In this document: positions 9,590 through 21,882 of the stretch, piece after piece
How positions within the stretch are numbered: position 1 is the stretch's first letter
Layout: each line of letters starts with the position of its first letter
The notes under the pieces: model-generated
Database searches by the model: none
Seen by the model: only the letters and a program-made list of their open reading frames with translations
Told to the model about the DNA's origin: nothing
Program-made: the position numbers and the translations under genes
NCBI GenBank assembly: GCA_041613315.1
Contig: JBFJHJ010000010.1
Span: 1-64,000 of the forward strand
From: Gemmatimonadales bacterium
GTDB taxonomy: Bacteria > Gemmatimonadota > Gemmatimonadetes > Gemmatimonadales > GWC2-71-9
Direction of reading: 5' to 3'
DNA length: 64,000 nucleotides

Positions 9590-10113
9590 CGCTTCGCGTG
9601 CTGGGCGTCGATCCCGGCACGGCGGTGACCGGGTATGGAGTCGTCGAACCCGCCAACGGCTCTCCCGGGCGGCTGATCGAATGCGGGATCATCCGAACCG
9701 ATCCGCGCCGCCAGATCTGGCACCGTCTGGACTTCCTGTATCAAGGGGTCGCCGAGTTGATCGCCCGTCACCAGCCGACGGCTCTCGCCCTCGAGAGCGT
9801 GTTCTACGCCAAGAACGTCCGCACCACCGTGACGCTGGGGCATGCCCGTGGTGTTATCCTGCTGGCCGCCGCCCGGGCCGGCCTGGAGGTCGCCGAGTAC
9901 CCCCCCGCGACCGTGAAGAAGTGTGTCGGCGGGGCGGGGAGCGCGGGCAAGGCCCAGGTGGGCGCCATGGTGCAGCACCTCCTGCGGCTGGAGCATCCGC
10001 CCACGCCCAGCGATGCGGCGGATGGGGTGGCCGTCGCCCTGACGTATCTCTTGGTCGGACAGCGGCCCGCACCGCCACGCCGGCAGCGGCGGACGGGACG
10101 GCCCGCGACATGA
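9586..10113 (+). CDS. ruvC: Holliday junction resolvase RuvC
   Basis: [27 protein letters not shown]. Confidence 0.95.
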   Translation: MTLRVLGVDPGTAVTGYGVVEPANGSPGRLIECGIIRTDPRRQIWHRLDFLYQGVAELIARHQPTALALESVFYAKNVRTTVTLGHARGVILLAAARAGLEVAEYPPATVKKCVGGAGSAGKAQVGAMVQHLLRLEHPPTPSDAADGVAVALTYLLVGQRPAPPRRQRRTGRPAT

Positions 10114-10706
10114 TCGCGGCGCTCCGGGGGACGCTCGTCGTCAAGCATGGCGACCGCGTCGTCGTGGCGACGCCCGGGGGCGTGAGCTACGAGGTCGCCG
10201 TGCCCCTCGGCGTGCTCGAACGGCTCCCGGCGGACGGAACGGACATCGCGCTTCGCACGGTGCCGGTGGTCCGGGACGACGGATGGGCCCTCTACGGGTT
10301 CGACACGGAGGAAGAGCGCGCCATCTTTCAGCGGCTCCTGGCCGCGACCGGGGTGGGGCCGCGTCTCGCCCTCGCGCTCGTCTCGACGTTGGGGGGCGCT
10401 CGCGTCGTACGGGCGATCCGGGAGACCGACATCGGTACGCTCTGCACGGTGCCCGGCGTGGGGAAGAAAACCGCCGAGCGCATGGTGCTCGAGCTGAAGG
10501 ACCGGCTGCGGGACGTCCCGGCGGCATCGGGGGCGGCCCCGGCAGCGGCGGCACCGGCCGAGCAGGCGGTGCAGGCGCTCGTGAACCTCGGCTACAACGC
10601 CGCCGACGCCGAGCGTGCCGTGCGGAGCACCCTCACGGCCGACGGCGCGGGGCAGACGGTTGACCTCATTCGCGGTGCGCTGCAACTGTTAACGCACGCG
10701 AGGTGA
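10110..10706 (+). CDS. ruvA: Holliday junction branch migration protein RuvA
   Basis: MIAALRG, LYGF, GVGPRLA, VPGVGKKTAERMVLELK, ALVNLGY; ATGA overlap with ruvC. Confidence 0.95.
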   Translation: MIAALRGTLVVKHGDRVVVATPGGVSYEVAVPLGVLERLPADGTDIALRTVPVVRDDGWALYGFDTEEERAIFQRLLAATGVGPRLALALVSTLGGARVVRAIRETDIGTLCTVPGVGKKTAERMVLELKDRLRDVPAASGAAPAAAAPAEQAVQALVNLGYNAADAERAVRSTLTADGAGQTVDLIRGALQLLTHAR

Positions 10707-10716
10707 CGGGTACCCC

Positions 10717-10878
10717 ATGACCGCTGAGTGGATCTGCACGTCGTGCGGCGCGACGAACCGCCGCCTCGTCCCCGAGTCCGCGGCGGAGTCGGAGGATCGG
10801 TGTGTCACGTGCCGCACTCGACACCAACTGAGGAAGGACGAGCGCCCGGTCCGCTGGCGGGCGACGGCGGCGACGTGA
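10717..10878 (+). CDS. Small Zn-ribbon protein (53 aa), absent from the ORF track
   Basis: [53 protein letters not shown]; two CxxC; GAGGTG upstream; stop overlaps the ruvB GTG. Confidence 0.78.
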   Translation: MTAEWICTSCGATNRRLVPESAAESEDRCVTCRTRHQLRKDERPVRWRATAAT

Positions 10879-11921
10879 CCCGCGCGGAGATCACGACGCC
10901 TGACGTGCTGCCGGACGAAAACGCCGCCGACGCGACGCTTCGGCCGTCCCGGCTGGACGAGTTCGTGGGGCAGGCCCGGGTCAAGGAGAGCCTGCAGATC
11001 GCGATCGATGCCGCGCGCCAGCGCGACGAACCCCTCGACCACATCCTGTTCTTCGGACCGCCCGGCCTCGGCAAGACCACGCTCGCCATCCTGGTGGCCC
11101 GAGAGCTGGGCGTGAACCTCCGGACGTCGAGCGGGCCGGTACTCGAGAAGCCGGGCGACCTCGTGGGGTTGTTGAGCGGTCTCCGGCCCCGCGACGTCCT
11201 GTTCATCGACGAGGTCCACCGCCTCCGACCCCTGCTCGAAGAGTTCCTGTATCCCGCCATGGAGGACTACCGGGTCGACGTCCGGATCGCCGAACGGTCG
11301 AGCGCCCAGACGGTGCCGATGCGCATCGAGCCGTTTACGTTGATCGGCGCGTCCACGCGCTACGGAATGCTGACGCCGCCCATGCGGGCCCGCTTTGGTC
11401 TCGTCGAGCGTCTGGGCTACTACCCCACCGAGGATCTCCAGCAGATCGTCACACGCTCGGCCGGGATTCTCCAGGTCGCGATCGACTCGGACGGGACGCT
11501 GGAGATCGCGAAGCGGAGCCGCGGCACGCCCCGCGTCGCCAACCGGCTGCTCCGACGCGTGCGGGACTACGCCCAGGTACGGGCCGACGGCACCATCACG
11601 CGCGAGGTGGCCCAGGCCGCGCTCAGCCGACTCAACGTGGACGAGTACGGCCTCGACGACATGGACACCCGGATCCTCCAGACGATCATCGAGAAGTTCG
11701 ACGGCGGCCCCGTGGGCGTGAACACGATCGCCGTCGCCGTCGGCGAAGACGCCGGAACGCTGGAGGAGGTGTACGAGCCGTTCCTCATTCAGCGCGGCTT
11801 CCTCCAGCGCACACCGCGGGGGCGCGCCGCCACTCCCGCGGCGTACCGCCACTTCGGCTACAGCGCCCCGCCCGGTGCGCGGCAGCAGCCGTCCATGTTC
11901 GGCGACGACGTCGGTGGCTAG
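10875..11921 (+). CDS. ruvB: Holliday junction helicase RuvB
   Basis: [47 protein letters not shown] at 10875. Confidence 0.96.
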   Translation: MTRAEITTPDVLPDENAADATLRPSRLDEFVGQARVKESLQIAIDAARQRDEPLDHILFFGPPGLGKTTLAILVARELGVNLRTSSGPVLEKPGDLVGLLSGLRPRDVLFIDEVHRLRPLLEEFLYPAMEDYRVDVRIAERSSAQTVPMRIEPFTLIGASTRYGMLTPPMRARFGLVERLGYYPTEDLQQIVTRSAGILQVAIDSDGTLEIAKRSRGTPRVANRLLRRVRDYAQVRADGTITREVAQAALSRLNVDEYGLDDMDTRILQTIIEKFDGGPVGVNTIAVAVGEDAGTLEEVYEPFLIQRGFLQRTPRGRAATPAAYRHFGYSAPPGARQQPSMFGDDVGG

Positions 11922-12960
11922 GCGCTATCGCGCCGCCGACTTCGACTACCCTTACCCACCGGAGCTCGTCGCCCAGCACCCGCTCCCCGACCGCACAGCC
12001 AGCCGTCTCCTGGTGCTGGACCGCGAGACCGGCGCGGTCACCCACCGGCGGTTCCGCGAACTCCCCACCCTGCTCGACGCGGGGGACCTCCTGGTCCTCA
12101 ACACCAGCCGAGTGATCCCGGCACGCCTCATCGGCCGGCGGGAGAACGGCCGCGAGGCGGAGGTCCTCTTCATCCATTCGGAGCCCGACGGCTCATGGCT
12201 TGCGATGGTCCACCCCGGCGGCAAGCTCAAGGCGGGACGCCGCATCTTCTTCGGCGACGACGCCGTGGCCGAGATCGTCGAAGTCCGGCGGGGTGGCGTG
12301 CGCCGGCTCCGCCTGGACGGGCTCGACGTGCGGGGGCTCATGGCGCGCTCTGGCCGTGTGCCCCTCCCGCCCTACATCCATCGCGCCCCGGAACCGGACG
12401 ACCGCGAGCGCTACCAAACGGTGTACGCCCGCGAAGAGGGGAGCGTCGCGGCGCCCACCGCCGGCCTGCACTTCACGGACGAGATACTGGAGTCGGTGCG
12501 CGCGCGGGGGGTTACGATCGCCCACACCGTGCTTCACGTCGGGCCCGGCACGTTCAAGCCGGTGGACGTCGAGGATCCCGCCCGCCACACGATGCACGCC
12601 GAATGGTACGAGCTCCCGGCGGACACGGCCGACGCGGTGGGCCGCGCGAAGGCCGGCGGCCGCCGCGTGTGGGCGGTCGGCACCACCGTGGCCCGGACGC
12701 TCGAGACCGCCGGCGCCTTGACCGTCGGCCCGACCGACCGGCTGACCGCCCGCTCGGGCTGGACCGATCTGTTTGTGTATCCTCCCTACGATTTCCGCGT
12801 GGTGGACGCGCTGCTCACCAACTTCCATCTGCCGCGCTCGACGCTCCTGATGCTGGTCGCGGCCTTCGCCGGCTACGCGCACACCATGGCGGCCTACCGG
12901 GAGGCGGTGCGGGAACGCTACCGGCTGTTCAGCTACGGCGACGCGATGGCCATCTTGTAG
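11914..12960 (+). CDS. queA: tRNA preQ1 SAM ribosyltransferase-isomerase
   Basis: [47 protein letters not shown]. Confidence 0.96.
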   Translation: MARRYRAADFDYPYPPELVAQHPLPDRTASRLLVLDRETGAVTHRRFRELPTLLDAGDLLVLNTSRVIPARLIGRRENGREAEVLFIHSEPDGSWLAMVHPGGKLKAGRRIFFGDDAVAEIVEVRRGGVRRLRLDGLDVRGLMARSGRVPLPPYIHRAPEPDDRERYQTVYAREEGSVAAPTAGLHFTDEILESVRARGVTIAHTVLHVGPGTFKPVDVEDPARHTMHAEWYELPADTADAVGRAKAGGRRVWAVGTTVARTLETAGALTVGPTDRLTARSGWTDLFVYPPYDFRVVDALLTNFHLPRSTLLMLVAAFAGYAHTMAAYREAVRERYRLFSYGDAMAIL

Positions 12961-14419
<1,459 letters not shown>

Positions 14420-14423
<4 letters not shown>

Positions 14424-14965
14424 GCGTCCAGCCCATCCACTTGCTGGGCTCGCCGATCCTGCGGGAACCCGCCGGTCCGGTGGGCCAGGTGGATGACGAG
14501 ATCCGTCGCCTCGTCGAAGACCTGTTCGACACGATGCGGGCGGACCATGGGGTGGGGCTCGCCGCCAACCAGATCGGGATCGGCCGGCGCGCGGCCGTCG
14601 TGGAGACCGAGAACGACGACCCCGTCGTGCTGATCGATCCCGTGATCGTCGAGCGCGAGGACAGCGTACGCGGCGAGGAAGGGTGTCTCTCGATCCCCGA
14701 GATCTACGCCGACGTCGACCGGGCGCGGCGGGTGGTCGTGGAGACCACCACCCTCGACAACGAGCGCGTGCGCGTCGCCGCCGAGGACCTCAAGGCCCGC
14801 GCGATCCAGCACGAGATCGATCATCTGGACGGGATCCTGTTCCTAGACCGCCTGAGCCCCCTCAAGCGCCGCATGTTGCTTCGGAAATGGCAGAAGCTCC
14901 GCAAGGGACAATCGGGTCACCTGAAGGAGGTGGCACCCGCGGCCGACAAGTCGGCGAAGCTCTGA
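14420..14965 (+). CDS. def: Peptide deformylase
   Basis: GVGLAANQIG, EGCLS, QHEIDHLDG. Confidence 0.97.
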
Positions 14966-14967
14966 CA

Positions 14968-15900
14968 GTGCGCATCGTCTTCTTCGGGACGCCCCAGTTC
15001 GCGGTGCCGTCCCTCCGGGCGCTCTTGGGCGAGGGATTCGATGTGGCGGCCGTCGTGACGCAGCCCGACCGGCCGCGCGGCCGCTCCCGTTCCCGCCTCG
15101 TCCCGCCTCGCATCAAGGTCGTCGCCCAGGAAGAGGAGCTGCCGGTCCTGCAGCCGGCCAGCCCCAACGATCCCGCGTTCGTGGAACAGTTTGGCGCGCT
15201 CGCGCCGGACCTCGGCGTCGTGGCCGCCTACGGCCACATCCTGAGGCCGGAGCTGCTGGCGACCCCGAGGCTCGGCATGGTGAACGTGCACGCCTCGCTC
15301 CTCCCCCAGCTGCGCGGCGCCGCTCCCATCGAGCACGCCGTGCTCTTCGGGCTGGAGGAGACCGGCGTCACCATCATGCAAATGGACCAGGGAATGGACA
15401 CCGGCCCGATCCTTCACCAACACGCGACCCCCATCGCGCCCGACGAGACGGGTGGTGAGCTGGGCGTGCGTCTCGCGGAACTGGGCGCGCTGGCCCTGGT
15501 CGAAGCCCTCACGCTGCTCGACTCCGGCACCGTGGAGCCTGTCCCGCAGGACGCGAGCCGCGCCACCTACGCGCCCAAGATCACCCGCGAGTTGACCCGC
15601 ATCACCTGGAAGGAACCGGCTGCCCACGTCGCGCGCCGCGTGCGGGCCTTCGACCCCCGGCCCGGGGCGTGGACCACCCTGCGCGGACGCACGCTCAAGC
15701 TGTTCGGGCCCCGGGCCGCCGACGAATGGGAGACCGACGAGGTCCCCGGGGAAGTCGTGGAGACCGATCCGGCGTTCGTCGTCGCCGCCGGCGACGGCGC
15801 GCTGCAGTTCCTGGACGTCCAGCCCGCGGGCCGGCATCGCATGGCCGCCTCCCGGTGGCTGCGGGGTCGCCCCGTCGTGAAGGGGGACCGACTGGCATGA
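14968..15900 (+). CDS. fmt: Methionyl-tRNA formyltransferase
   Basis: RIVFFGTPQFA, VTQPDRP, NVHASLLP..RGAAPI, MDTGP. Confidence 0.96.
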   Translation: MRIVFFGTPQFAVPSLRALLGEGFDVAAVVTQPDRPRGRSRSRLVPPRIKVVAQEEELPVLQPASPNDPAFVEQFGALAPDLGVVAAYGHILRPELLATPRLGMVNVHASLLPQLRGAAPIEHAVLFGLEETGVTIMQMDQGMDTGPILHQHATPIAPDETGGELGVRLAELGALALVEALTLLDSGTVEPVPQDASRATYAPKITRELTRITWKEPAAHVARRVRAFDPRPGAWTTLRGRTLKLFGPRAADEWETDEVPGEVVETDPAFVVAAGDGALQFLDVQPAGRHRMAASRWLRGRPVVKGDRLA

Positions 15901-16529
15901 CGAGCGGCCCGGCTCGAATGAGCCGGCCGGTCCCGCGCCTCCACGCGGTCACCGACGACGACGTCCTGTCCCTGCCCGACCTGGCCGCCCGCGCTGGGGC
16001 CCTCGCCGCCGCCGGCCCCATCGCGTTGCACGTCCGCTCGCGCACCCGGGAGGCCCGGCTGCTGCTCGAGATCGCGGCGCTGTTCCGCGAGCTCGGGGCG
16101 ACGGTGTTCGTGAACGACCGCGCGGACCTCGTCCAAGCCGCGGGCGCCGCGGGGCTGCACCTCCCCGCCGCGGGTCTCCCGCTCGCCGCCGCTCGCCGCG
16201 TGGTGGGTGGCGCGGTTGCGGTGGGCCGCTCGACTCATACGCCAGCGGCGGCGCGCGCCGCCGCCGCCGACGGCGCTGACTACGTGATGCTGGGACCCAT
16301 CTGGGAAACGGCGACGCATCCGAACCGGCGCGGTCTGGGGGTGGCGGCCATCGCCGCGGCGCAGCCCGCGGTGGTGATCGCCATCGGAGGGATCACGCCC
16401 CCGCGGGTCCGGAGCTGTGTGGAGGCGGGCGCCTTCGGCGTTGCGGCGATCGGCGCCCTGTGGCGGGCGGCCGATCCCGGTTCGGCTGCGCGCGCCATGC
16501 TGGTATCTTTAGGGCAGGAAGCACGCTAG
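15897..16529 (+). CDS. thiE: Thiamine phosphate synthase family (ThiE/TenI-like)
   Basis: VNDRAD, GLHL, GRSTH, ADYVMLGPIWETATH, AIGGI. Start may be 15918; could be a TenI-type paralog. Confidence 0.8.
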   Translation: MTSGPARMSRPVPRLHAVTDDDVLSLPDLAARAGALAAAGPIALHVRSRTREARLLLEIAALFRELGATVFVNDRADLVQAAGAAGLHLPAAGLPLAAARRVVGGAVAVGRSTHTPAAARAAAADGADYVMLGPIWETATHPNRRGLGVAAIAAAQPAVVIAIGGITPPRVRSCVEAGAFGVAAIGALWRAADPGSAARAMLVSLGQEAR

Positions 16530-16615
16530 GGCGGGGGAATGCCGCGATCAGGCGGCGAACCAGATCGCGAGGCACGTGCGGGCGGCCGAGCGATCGAGGA
16601 AAGGACGACCAGGCG

Positions 16616-16843
16616 ATGCGATCTATCGAGCGCGATCCCGCCGTTACCGTGATCGTGAACGGCGAGCAACGGCAGCTGAACGGCCGCTCGTCTCTGCTCG
16701 ATCTCCTGCGTTCGCTCGATCTCGACCCGCGCAGCGTGGTCGTCGAGCTCAACCGCGAGATCGTGCGTGGGGCCGCGCTCGAGCGCACGCGCCTCCAGCC
16801 GGGAGACCAGGTCGAGTTGGTCCATTTCGTGGGCGGCGGGTGA
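16616..16843 (+). CDS. thiS: Sulfur carrier protein ThiS
   Basis: [29 protein letters not shown]-terminus. Confidence 0.93.
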   Translation: MRSIERDPAVTVIVNGEQRQLNGRSSLLDLLRSLDLDPRSVVVELNREIVRGAALERTRLQPGDQVELVHFVGGG

Positions 16844-16880
16844 GCCACCGGACGTCCGTTCACGGAGGAGGGGGGTTCCC

Positions 16881-17678
16881 ATGACCACCACAGTCGCCGC
16901 GACGGTCGACGTGCCGCTCACCGTCGGCGGGCGCGCGTTCCGCTCGCGGCTGATGGTCGGGACGGGCAAGTACCGGGACAACGCCACCATGGTTCACGCG
17001 ATCGAGGCGTCCGGCGCCGAGATCGTGACGGTGGCGGTCCGTCGGGTGGATCTCGATCGGACGAAGGCCGAGAGTATCCTGCACCACCTCGATCCCGAGC
17101 GGCACTTCCTCCTCGCCAACACCGCCGGTTGTTACACGGCCGACGATGCGATCCGTTACGCGCGCCTGGCGCGGGAAGCGGGGTTCAACGCGTTCATCAA
17201 GCTGGAAGTGATCGGCGACGAGGAGACGCTGCTGCCGGACACGGCGGGACTCTTGGTGGCAGCGGGGACCCTCGTTCGGGAGGGCTTCCAGGTCATGGCC
17301 TATACGAACGATGACCTGGTCACCGCACTCCGACTGGAGGACGCGGGGTGCGCCGCCGTCATGCCGTTGGCGTCCCCTATCGGCAGCGGGCTCGGGTTGA
17401 TGAACCCGTACAGCATCCGCACGATCAAGCGCCGACTGTCCGTGCCGGTCATCGTGGACGCCGGCGTGGGCACGGCCTCCGACGCGTGCGTGACGATGGA
17501 GCAAGGGGTCGACGGCATCCTGATGAACACGGCGTTGGCCGCGGCGGCGGATCCGGTGTCGATGGCGCGGGCGATGCGCCATGCGGTCGAGGCGGGCCGA
17601 TGGGCCTATCTCGCCGGTCGGATGCCGAAGCGGGAGATCGCCGTGCCGTCGAGCCCCACCACCGGCATGCTCGGCTGA
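16881..17678 (+). CDS. thiG: Thiazole synthase
   Basis: [48 protein letters not shown]. Confidence 0.97.
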   Translation: MTTTVAATVDVPLTVGGRAFRSRLMVGTGKYRDNATMVHAIEASGAEIVTVAVRRVDLDRTKAESILHHLDPERHFLLANTAGCYTADDAIRYARLAREAGFNAFIKLEVIGDEETLLPDTAGLLVAAGTLVREGFQVMAYTNDDLVTALRLEDAGCAAVMPLASPIGSGLGLMNPYSIRTIKRRLSVPVIVDAGVGTASDACVTMEQGVDGILMNTALAAAADPVSMARAMRHAVEAGRWAYLAGRMPKREIAVPSSPTTGMLG

Positions 17679-18940
17679 CCGACACCGAGGGAACGGCGGC
17701 CCGGAGCGCCGCCCTCACGATCCTCCGGGACGTGAGCGCGGGTCACCCGTTCGACCGGGCGTTGGCCCGCGCGCTGGGCTCGCTCGGCGAGCCGGACCGG
17801 CGGCTCGCCCACGAGATCGCCGCCGGCGTGCTCCGAACACGGCGCACGCTCGATCGGCGCCTTGCCCCGCTGGTCCGCGCCGGGTGGCATGGCACGGCGC
17901 CCGACCTCCGCGACGTGCTCCGCATCGGTGCCTACCAACTCCTCCACCTCTCGCGAATTCCGCCCTACGCCGCCGTGCAGACGACGGTGGAAGTGGCGAA
18001 GCGAACAAGCGGCGCCCGGGCGGCGGGCCTGGTGAACGCCGTGCTCCGGCGGGTCGCGGCCGAGGGATCGCTCGCGGATCCGCCCGGCGTGGAGACGGGC
18101 GGGCTTGCGGAGCGGTACTCGCATCCCGCCTGGTTGGTGGACCGCTGGGTGGCGCGGTACGGCGCCGAGCGGACCGAGGCGTTGCTGCGTCACAACAACA
18201 GCCGGCCACCCCTCGTACTGCAGCCCGCGCGCTGGACCCGGGACCAACTCGAGGCCGCGCTCGCCCAGGCGGACATTCCGTTCCGCGCCGCCCCGTTTGA
18301 CGCGGGTCTGGCGCTCGACTCCCGGCCCGTGCGATCGCTGCCGGGTTACGCCGCTGGGGCGTTCATCGTGCAGGATGCCGCGCAGGTTCGGCTCCTCAGG
18401 TTCGCCGGCATTCCGCGCGGCGCGACGGTCTGGGACGCATGCGCGTCGCCCGGCGGCAAGAGCGTCGCCCTGGCCGCCGGGCGCTGGGTACTGGCCTCGG
18501 ACCGGAGCCGGGCGCGCCTGGCCCGCCTGCGGAGCACCGTCGAGCGAGCGGCGCCCGGGGTCGCGCTCATGGTGGCCGACGCCCGCCAGTCGCCGGTCGG
18601 TCCGGGCCGGATGGACGCGGCCCTGGTGGACGCCCCGTGCAGCGCGACGGGCACGATGGCCCGGCATCCCGATGCGCGGTGGCGGCTCACCGCGTCGCGG
18701 CTCGGACACCTCGTGCGGCTCCAGGAGGCTATTTTGGACGGGGTGTCCGGGGCGGTGGTCCCCGGTGGGCTGGTGGTGTATCTGACGTGCTCCGTGGAGC
18801 CGGAAGAAAATGAGGCGCAAGTGAGTCGGTTTCTCGAGCGGCATCCGGACTTCGCCCGTGACGGGGACGATCTGCTCCTGTTTCCGCCGGATCAGGCGAG
18901 CGATGGCGGCTACGGGGCGCGTCTGCGAAGGCTCAGGTGA
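17675..18940 (+). CDS. rsmB: 16S rRNA m5C967 methyltransferase RsmB/Sun (NusB-like N-domain)
   Basis: [50 protein letters not shown]. Start inferred at CTG 17675. Confidence 0.88.
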   Translation: MTDTEGTAARSAALTILRDVSAGHPFDRALARALGSLGEPDRRLAHEIAAGVLRTRRTLDRRLAPLVRAGWHGTAPDLRDVLRIGAYQLLHLSRIPPYAAVQTTVEVAKRTSGARAAGLVNAVLRRVAAEGSLADPPGVETGGLAERYSHPAWLVDRWVARYGAERTEALLRHNNSRPPLVLQPARWTRDQLEAALAQADIPFRAAPFDAGLALDSRPVRSLPGYAAGAFIVQDAAQVRLLRFAGIPRGATVWDACASPGGKSVALAAGRWVLASDRSRARLARLRSTVERAAPGVALMVADARQSPVGPGRMDAALVDAPCSATGTMARHPDARWRLTASRLGHLVRLQEAILDGVSGAVVPGGLVVYLTCSVEPEENEAQVSRFLERHPDFARDGDDLLLFPPDQASDGGYGARLRRLR

Positions 18941-19737
18941 GGTTCCGCCGTTCCCGCCCCGGGGGGCTCGACTGGCAGGCCGCAAGCGACCACGTCGCCC
19001 GAGGACTGGCGTATGCCCGGAGCCACCGACCCGTGATCTGGCTCGCGACGTTCGCCGGGACGTTCCTGGTGGGGTACCTGGTCGCGACGCTGCTGCTCTT
19101 CCCCGCGCCGATTTTCGCGTCGAGTACGGTGGTGCCACCGCTCATCGGGATGACGCAGGAGGTGGCGGAGGCGGTGACGACGCGGTCGGGCCTCACGCCG
19201 GGCGCCGCGGAGGGCGTGATGCATCCGACGGCGCCCCGGGGACAGGTGGTCTGGCAGAACCCGCCGGCCGGCGTGGCGGTGCCCGAGGGCACAGAGGTGC
19301 GCATCCAGGTGAGCGCCGGGCCGCAGCGCGTGCCCGTCCCCGATCTCGTGGGGTACGAGCAGCGGCTCGCGACGCGGCTGGTCAGCGCGGCGGGGCTGCG
19401 CGTCGCGCGAGTGGAACAGGCGCAGTCGCCGGCACCCAAGGACGTGGTGGTGACGACCCGTCCGCCGGCGGGGACGGCGCTCGTGCCGGGGGCTGACGTG
19501 ACGCTTGTGGTCAGCCTCGGTGCTCCTACCATTACGGTACCGAACTTGATCGGGCTCACCGAGGTCGAGGCGCAGTCGGCCCTCCAGGCGGTGACGCTCG
19601 TGCTCGGCACGACGCTGCTCCGCACGTCGCCGACGGACGTGCCGGGGACCATCATCACCCAGACCCCCGCCCCCGGGACGCTCGCGGCGCCCGGAACGGC
19701 GGTGATGGTGACCATCGCGCGGGAGCGGAACCCGTGA
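18937..19737 (+). CDS. Membrane-anchored PASTA-domain protein (three repeats, no kinase domain)
   Basis: N-terminal TM helix, then three VP.L.G...PPAG/PAPG repeats. Confidence 0.88.
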   Translation: MRFRRSRPGGLDWQAASDHVARGLAYARSHRPVIWLATFAGTFLVGYLVATLLLFPAPIFASSTVVPPLIGMTQEVAEAVTTRSGLTPGAAEGVMHPTAPRGQVVWQNPPAGVAVPEGTEVRIQVSAGPQRVPVPDLVGYEQRLATRLVSAAGLRVARVEQAQSPAPKDVVVTTRPPAGTALVPGADVTLVVSLGAPTITVPNLIGLTEVEAQSALQAVTLVLGTTLLRTSPTDVPGTIITQTPAPGTLAAPGTAVMVTIARERNP

Positions 19738-20405
19738 CGCACGATATCCGGATAGCGCCCAGCGTGCTCAGCGCCGATCTGGCCCGCCTGGCCGCGCAGA
19801 TCGCGGCGGTCGAGGCGGGCGGCGCCGACTGGATTCACGTGGACGTGATGGACGGGCACTTCGTGCCCAACCTCACCTTCGGGGCCGATCTGGTCGCCGC
19901 CCTGCGCCGGATCACCGATCTGCCTTTGGACGTCCACCTCATGGTCGAGCGCCCGGAGTGGTACATCGCCCCATTCGCCGAGGCGGGCGCGTCGGTGTTC
20001 ACCTTTCACCCGGAGACCACGGCGCACGTGCAGCGGCAACTCCAGCAGGTGCGGGCCTGTGGCATGCTGGCGGGGCTGGCGCTCAATCCCGGCACTCCGT
20101 TGTCGTACGTCGAGGAGGTGATCGACGACATCGATCTCCTGCTGGTCATGACGGTGAATCCGGGGTTCCCCGCGCAGACGTTCATTCCCACGTCGCCCAA
20201 GAAGATCGCGCGGGCCCGGGCGCTGCTCGACGGGCACGGCAGCGGGGCGCACCTGGAGGTGGACGGGGGCATCTCGCGCGATACGATTCACGTGGCGCAC
20301 GCGGCGGGCGCCAACACCTTCGTCGCCGGCTCTGCGATCTTCCGGGCCGACGACCCCGGGCGCGAAGTGAGCGAGCTGCGGAAGCGCTGCTTCGCGGCGG
20401 CCTGA
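19734..20405 (+). CDS. rpe: Ribulose-phosphate 3-epimerase
   Basis: IAPSVLSAD, HVDVMDGHFVPNLTFG, DVHLM, MTVNPGF, EVDGG. Confidence 0.97.
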   Translation: MTHDIRIAPSVLSADLARLAAQIAAVEAGGADWIHVDVMDGHFVPNLTFGADLVAALRRITDLPLDVHLMVERPEWYIAPFAEAGASVFTFHPETTAHVQRQLQQVRACGMLAGLALNPGTPLSYVEEVIDDIDLLLVMTVNPGFPAQTFIPTSPKKIARARALLDGHGSGAHLEVDGGISRDTIHVAHAAGANTFVAGSAIFRADDPGREVSELRKRCFAAA

Positions 20406-20407
20406 CG

Positions 20408-20950
20408 ATGACGCATCGCGGCCAATGGGTCCTCGTGCTGGTGATCGTCGGCGTCCTGGGCGGCGCCCTCGGCGCGGGGCTTGCGCTCTCGCCGGGGCTC
20501 ACGCCAGTGGGGGTGGGCAGCGAAGCGCCCGATGTCCGCGCGATGCGCCTGCCCGCCGGCGACTCGGTGCGGCTCGACGAGTACCGGGGGGAGGTGCTGC
20601 TCGTCAACATCTGGGCGACGTGGTGCCTCCCCTGCGAGCGGGAGATGCCGTCCATGCAGCGCCTGCACGAGGCGCTCGGGCCCGAAGGGCTGCGGATCCT
20701 CGCGGTGAGCGTCGACAACGCGGAACCGGACAAGGTCTGGTCGTGGGTACAGGAGCGCCAGCTCACTTTCGAGATCCTGCACGATCCCTCGGGACGGATC
20801 GAACGGGCGTACCAAACCACCGGGGTCCCCGAGAGCTTTGTGATCGACCGTGACGGCGTGATCGTGAAGAAGGTGATCGGCGCGACGGAATGGGATCACC
20901 CAGCGCAGCAGGCGCTGTTCCGCCGCTTGCTCGAGGGCGGCGGGTCATGA
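20408..20950 (+). CDS. TlpA/ResA-like disulfide reductase
   Basis: N-terminal TM, NIWATWCLPCEREMP, GVPESF. Confidence 0.92.
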   Translation: MTHRGQWVLVLVIVGVLGGALGAGLALSPGLTPVGVGSEAPDVRAMRLPAGDSVRLDEYRGEVLLVNIWATWCLPCEREMPSMQRLHEALGPEGLRILAVSVDNAEPDKVWSWVQERQLTFEILHDPSGRIERAYQTTGVPESFVIDRDGVIVKKVIGATEWDHPAQQALFRRLLEGGGS

Positions 20951-21882
20951 CGTGGCGCGACGTGGTCGCCACGCTCAAGGCGTGGGTCACCACCAACTGG
21001 CATATGAAGCTCACCGCCCTTGGGCTCGCCACCGTGCTGTGGGCCGCCGTCGCGGCCGAGGAGCCGACGACGCAGCTCGTGCCGGTGCAGCTCGTCGTCG
21101 AGGAGCCGCCCGGCCGCACGCTGACGCGCCAGCTCCCGCCGGTGCAGGCGCTGTACGCCGGCTCGTCCCGCGAACTGATCAAGCTGTATGCGCAGCCGCC
21201 GGTCATTCGGAAGGCCATCCCCGACACGGTGAGCGGTAGCGAATACCTCTTGGAGCTCAGCCTCTCGGATCTGGCGGTGGAGGGGGCGGACGTGAAGCCC
21301 CAGGAGGTGCAGCCGCGCCTGATCACCGTGCGGCTCGACGACGTGGCCCGCCGGACCGTCCCCGTGGTGCCGCGGGTCACGGTGCGCACCGATTCGGGAT
21401 TTGCCCAGATCGGGGGCGTCGCGGTGGTCCCGAACTCGTTGGTCGTGCGCGGGCCTCAGGCGGCGGTGCAGCGCGTGGCGTCTGTGGCCACGTTGCCGCT
21501 GGAGCTCACCGGTGTCAGCGCGCCCGTACGGCGACCGGTCGCAATCGATACGGCGGCGTTGGGGGTGGTCCGGGCATCCCAGCGCGAGGTGGAGATCGCC
21601 GTGGACGTGGCGCGGGTCTCCGAGCGCGTGCTCATGGGCGTGCCGGTCGAGGTGTCGTCCGACCGGCGCGGCACGTGGGTGAGCGACCCGCCGGCAGTGA
21701 GCGTCACGCTCCGCGGCCCGAGCGGCCGCCTCGCTCGCCTCACCCGGGATAGCGTCCAGATCGTCGCCGCTATCGGGGGCAGCGAGCCGGAGCAGGCCGT
21801 GCGGCTGGACGCTCTCCCGCCGCCCGGGTTCGCCGCGCGGGCCACGCCGGACAGCGTTGTCGTACGGCGGAGGGTCCGCTGA
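20947..21882 (+). CDS. YbbR/CdaR-like protein
   Basis: NW.MKL.AL.LA..LW membrane anchor followed by beta-rich repeats (P..V.VRGP, P..V.VTLRGP). Confidence 0.78.
   Translation: MTWRDVVATLKAWVTTNWHMKLTALGLATVLWAAVAAEEPTTQLVPVQLVVEEPPGRTLTRQLPPVQALYAGSSRELIKLYAQPPVIRKAIPDTVSGSEYLLELSLSDLAVEGADVKPQEVQPRLITVRLDDVARRTVPVVPRVTVRTDSGFAQIGGVAVVPNSLVVRGPQAAVQRVASVATLPLELTGVSAPVRRPVAIDTAALGVVRASQREVEIAVDVARVSERVLMGVPVEVSSDRRGTWVSDPPAVSVTLRGPSGRLARLTRDSVQIVAAIGGSEPEQAVRLDALPPPGFAARATPDSVVVRRRVR

Noticed and set aside
10728..10874. N-terminal extension of RuvB as in the ORF track
   Set aside because: Better explained by the Zn-ribbon ORF in another frame and a GTG start at 10875.
16530..16615. TPP riboswitch before thiS
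   Set aside because: The conserved CUGAGA and downstream aptamer motifs are absent.
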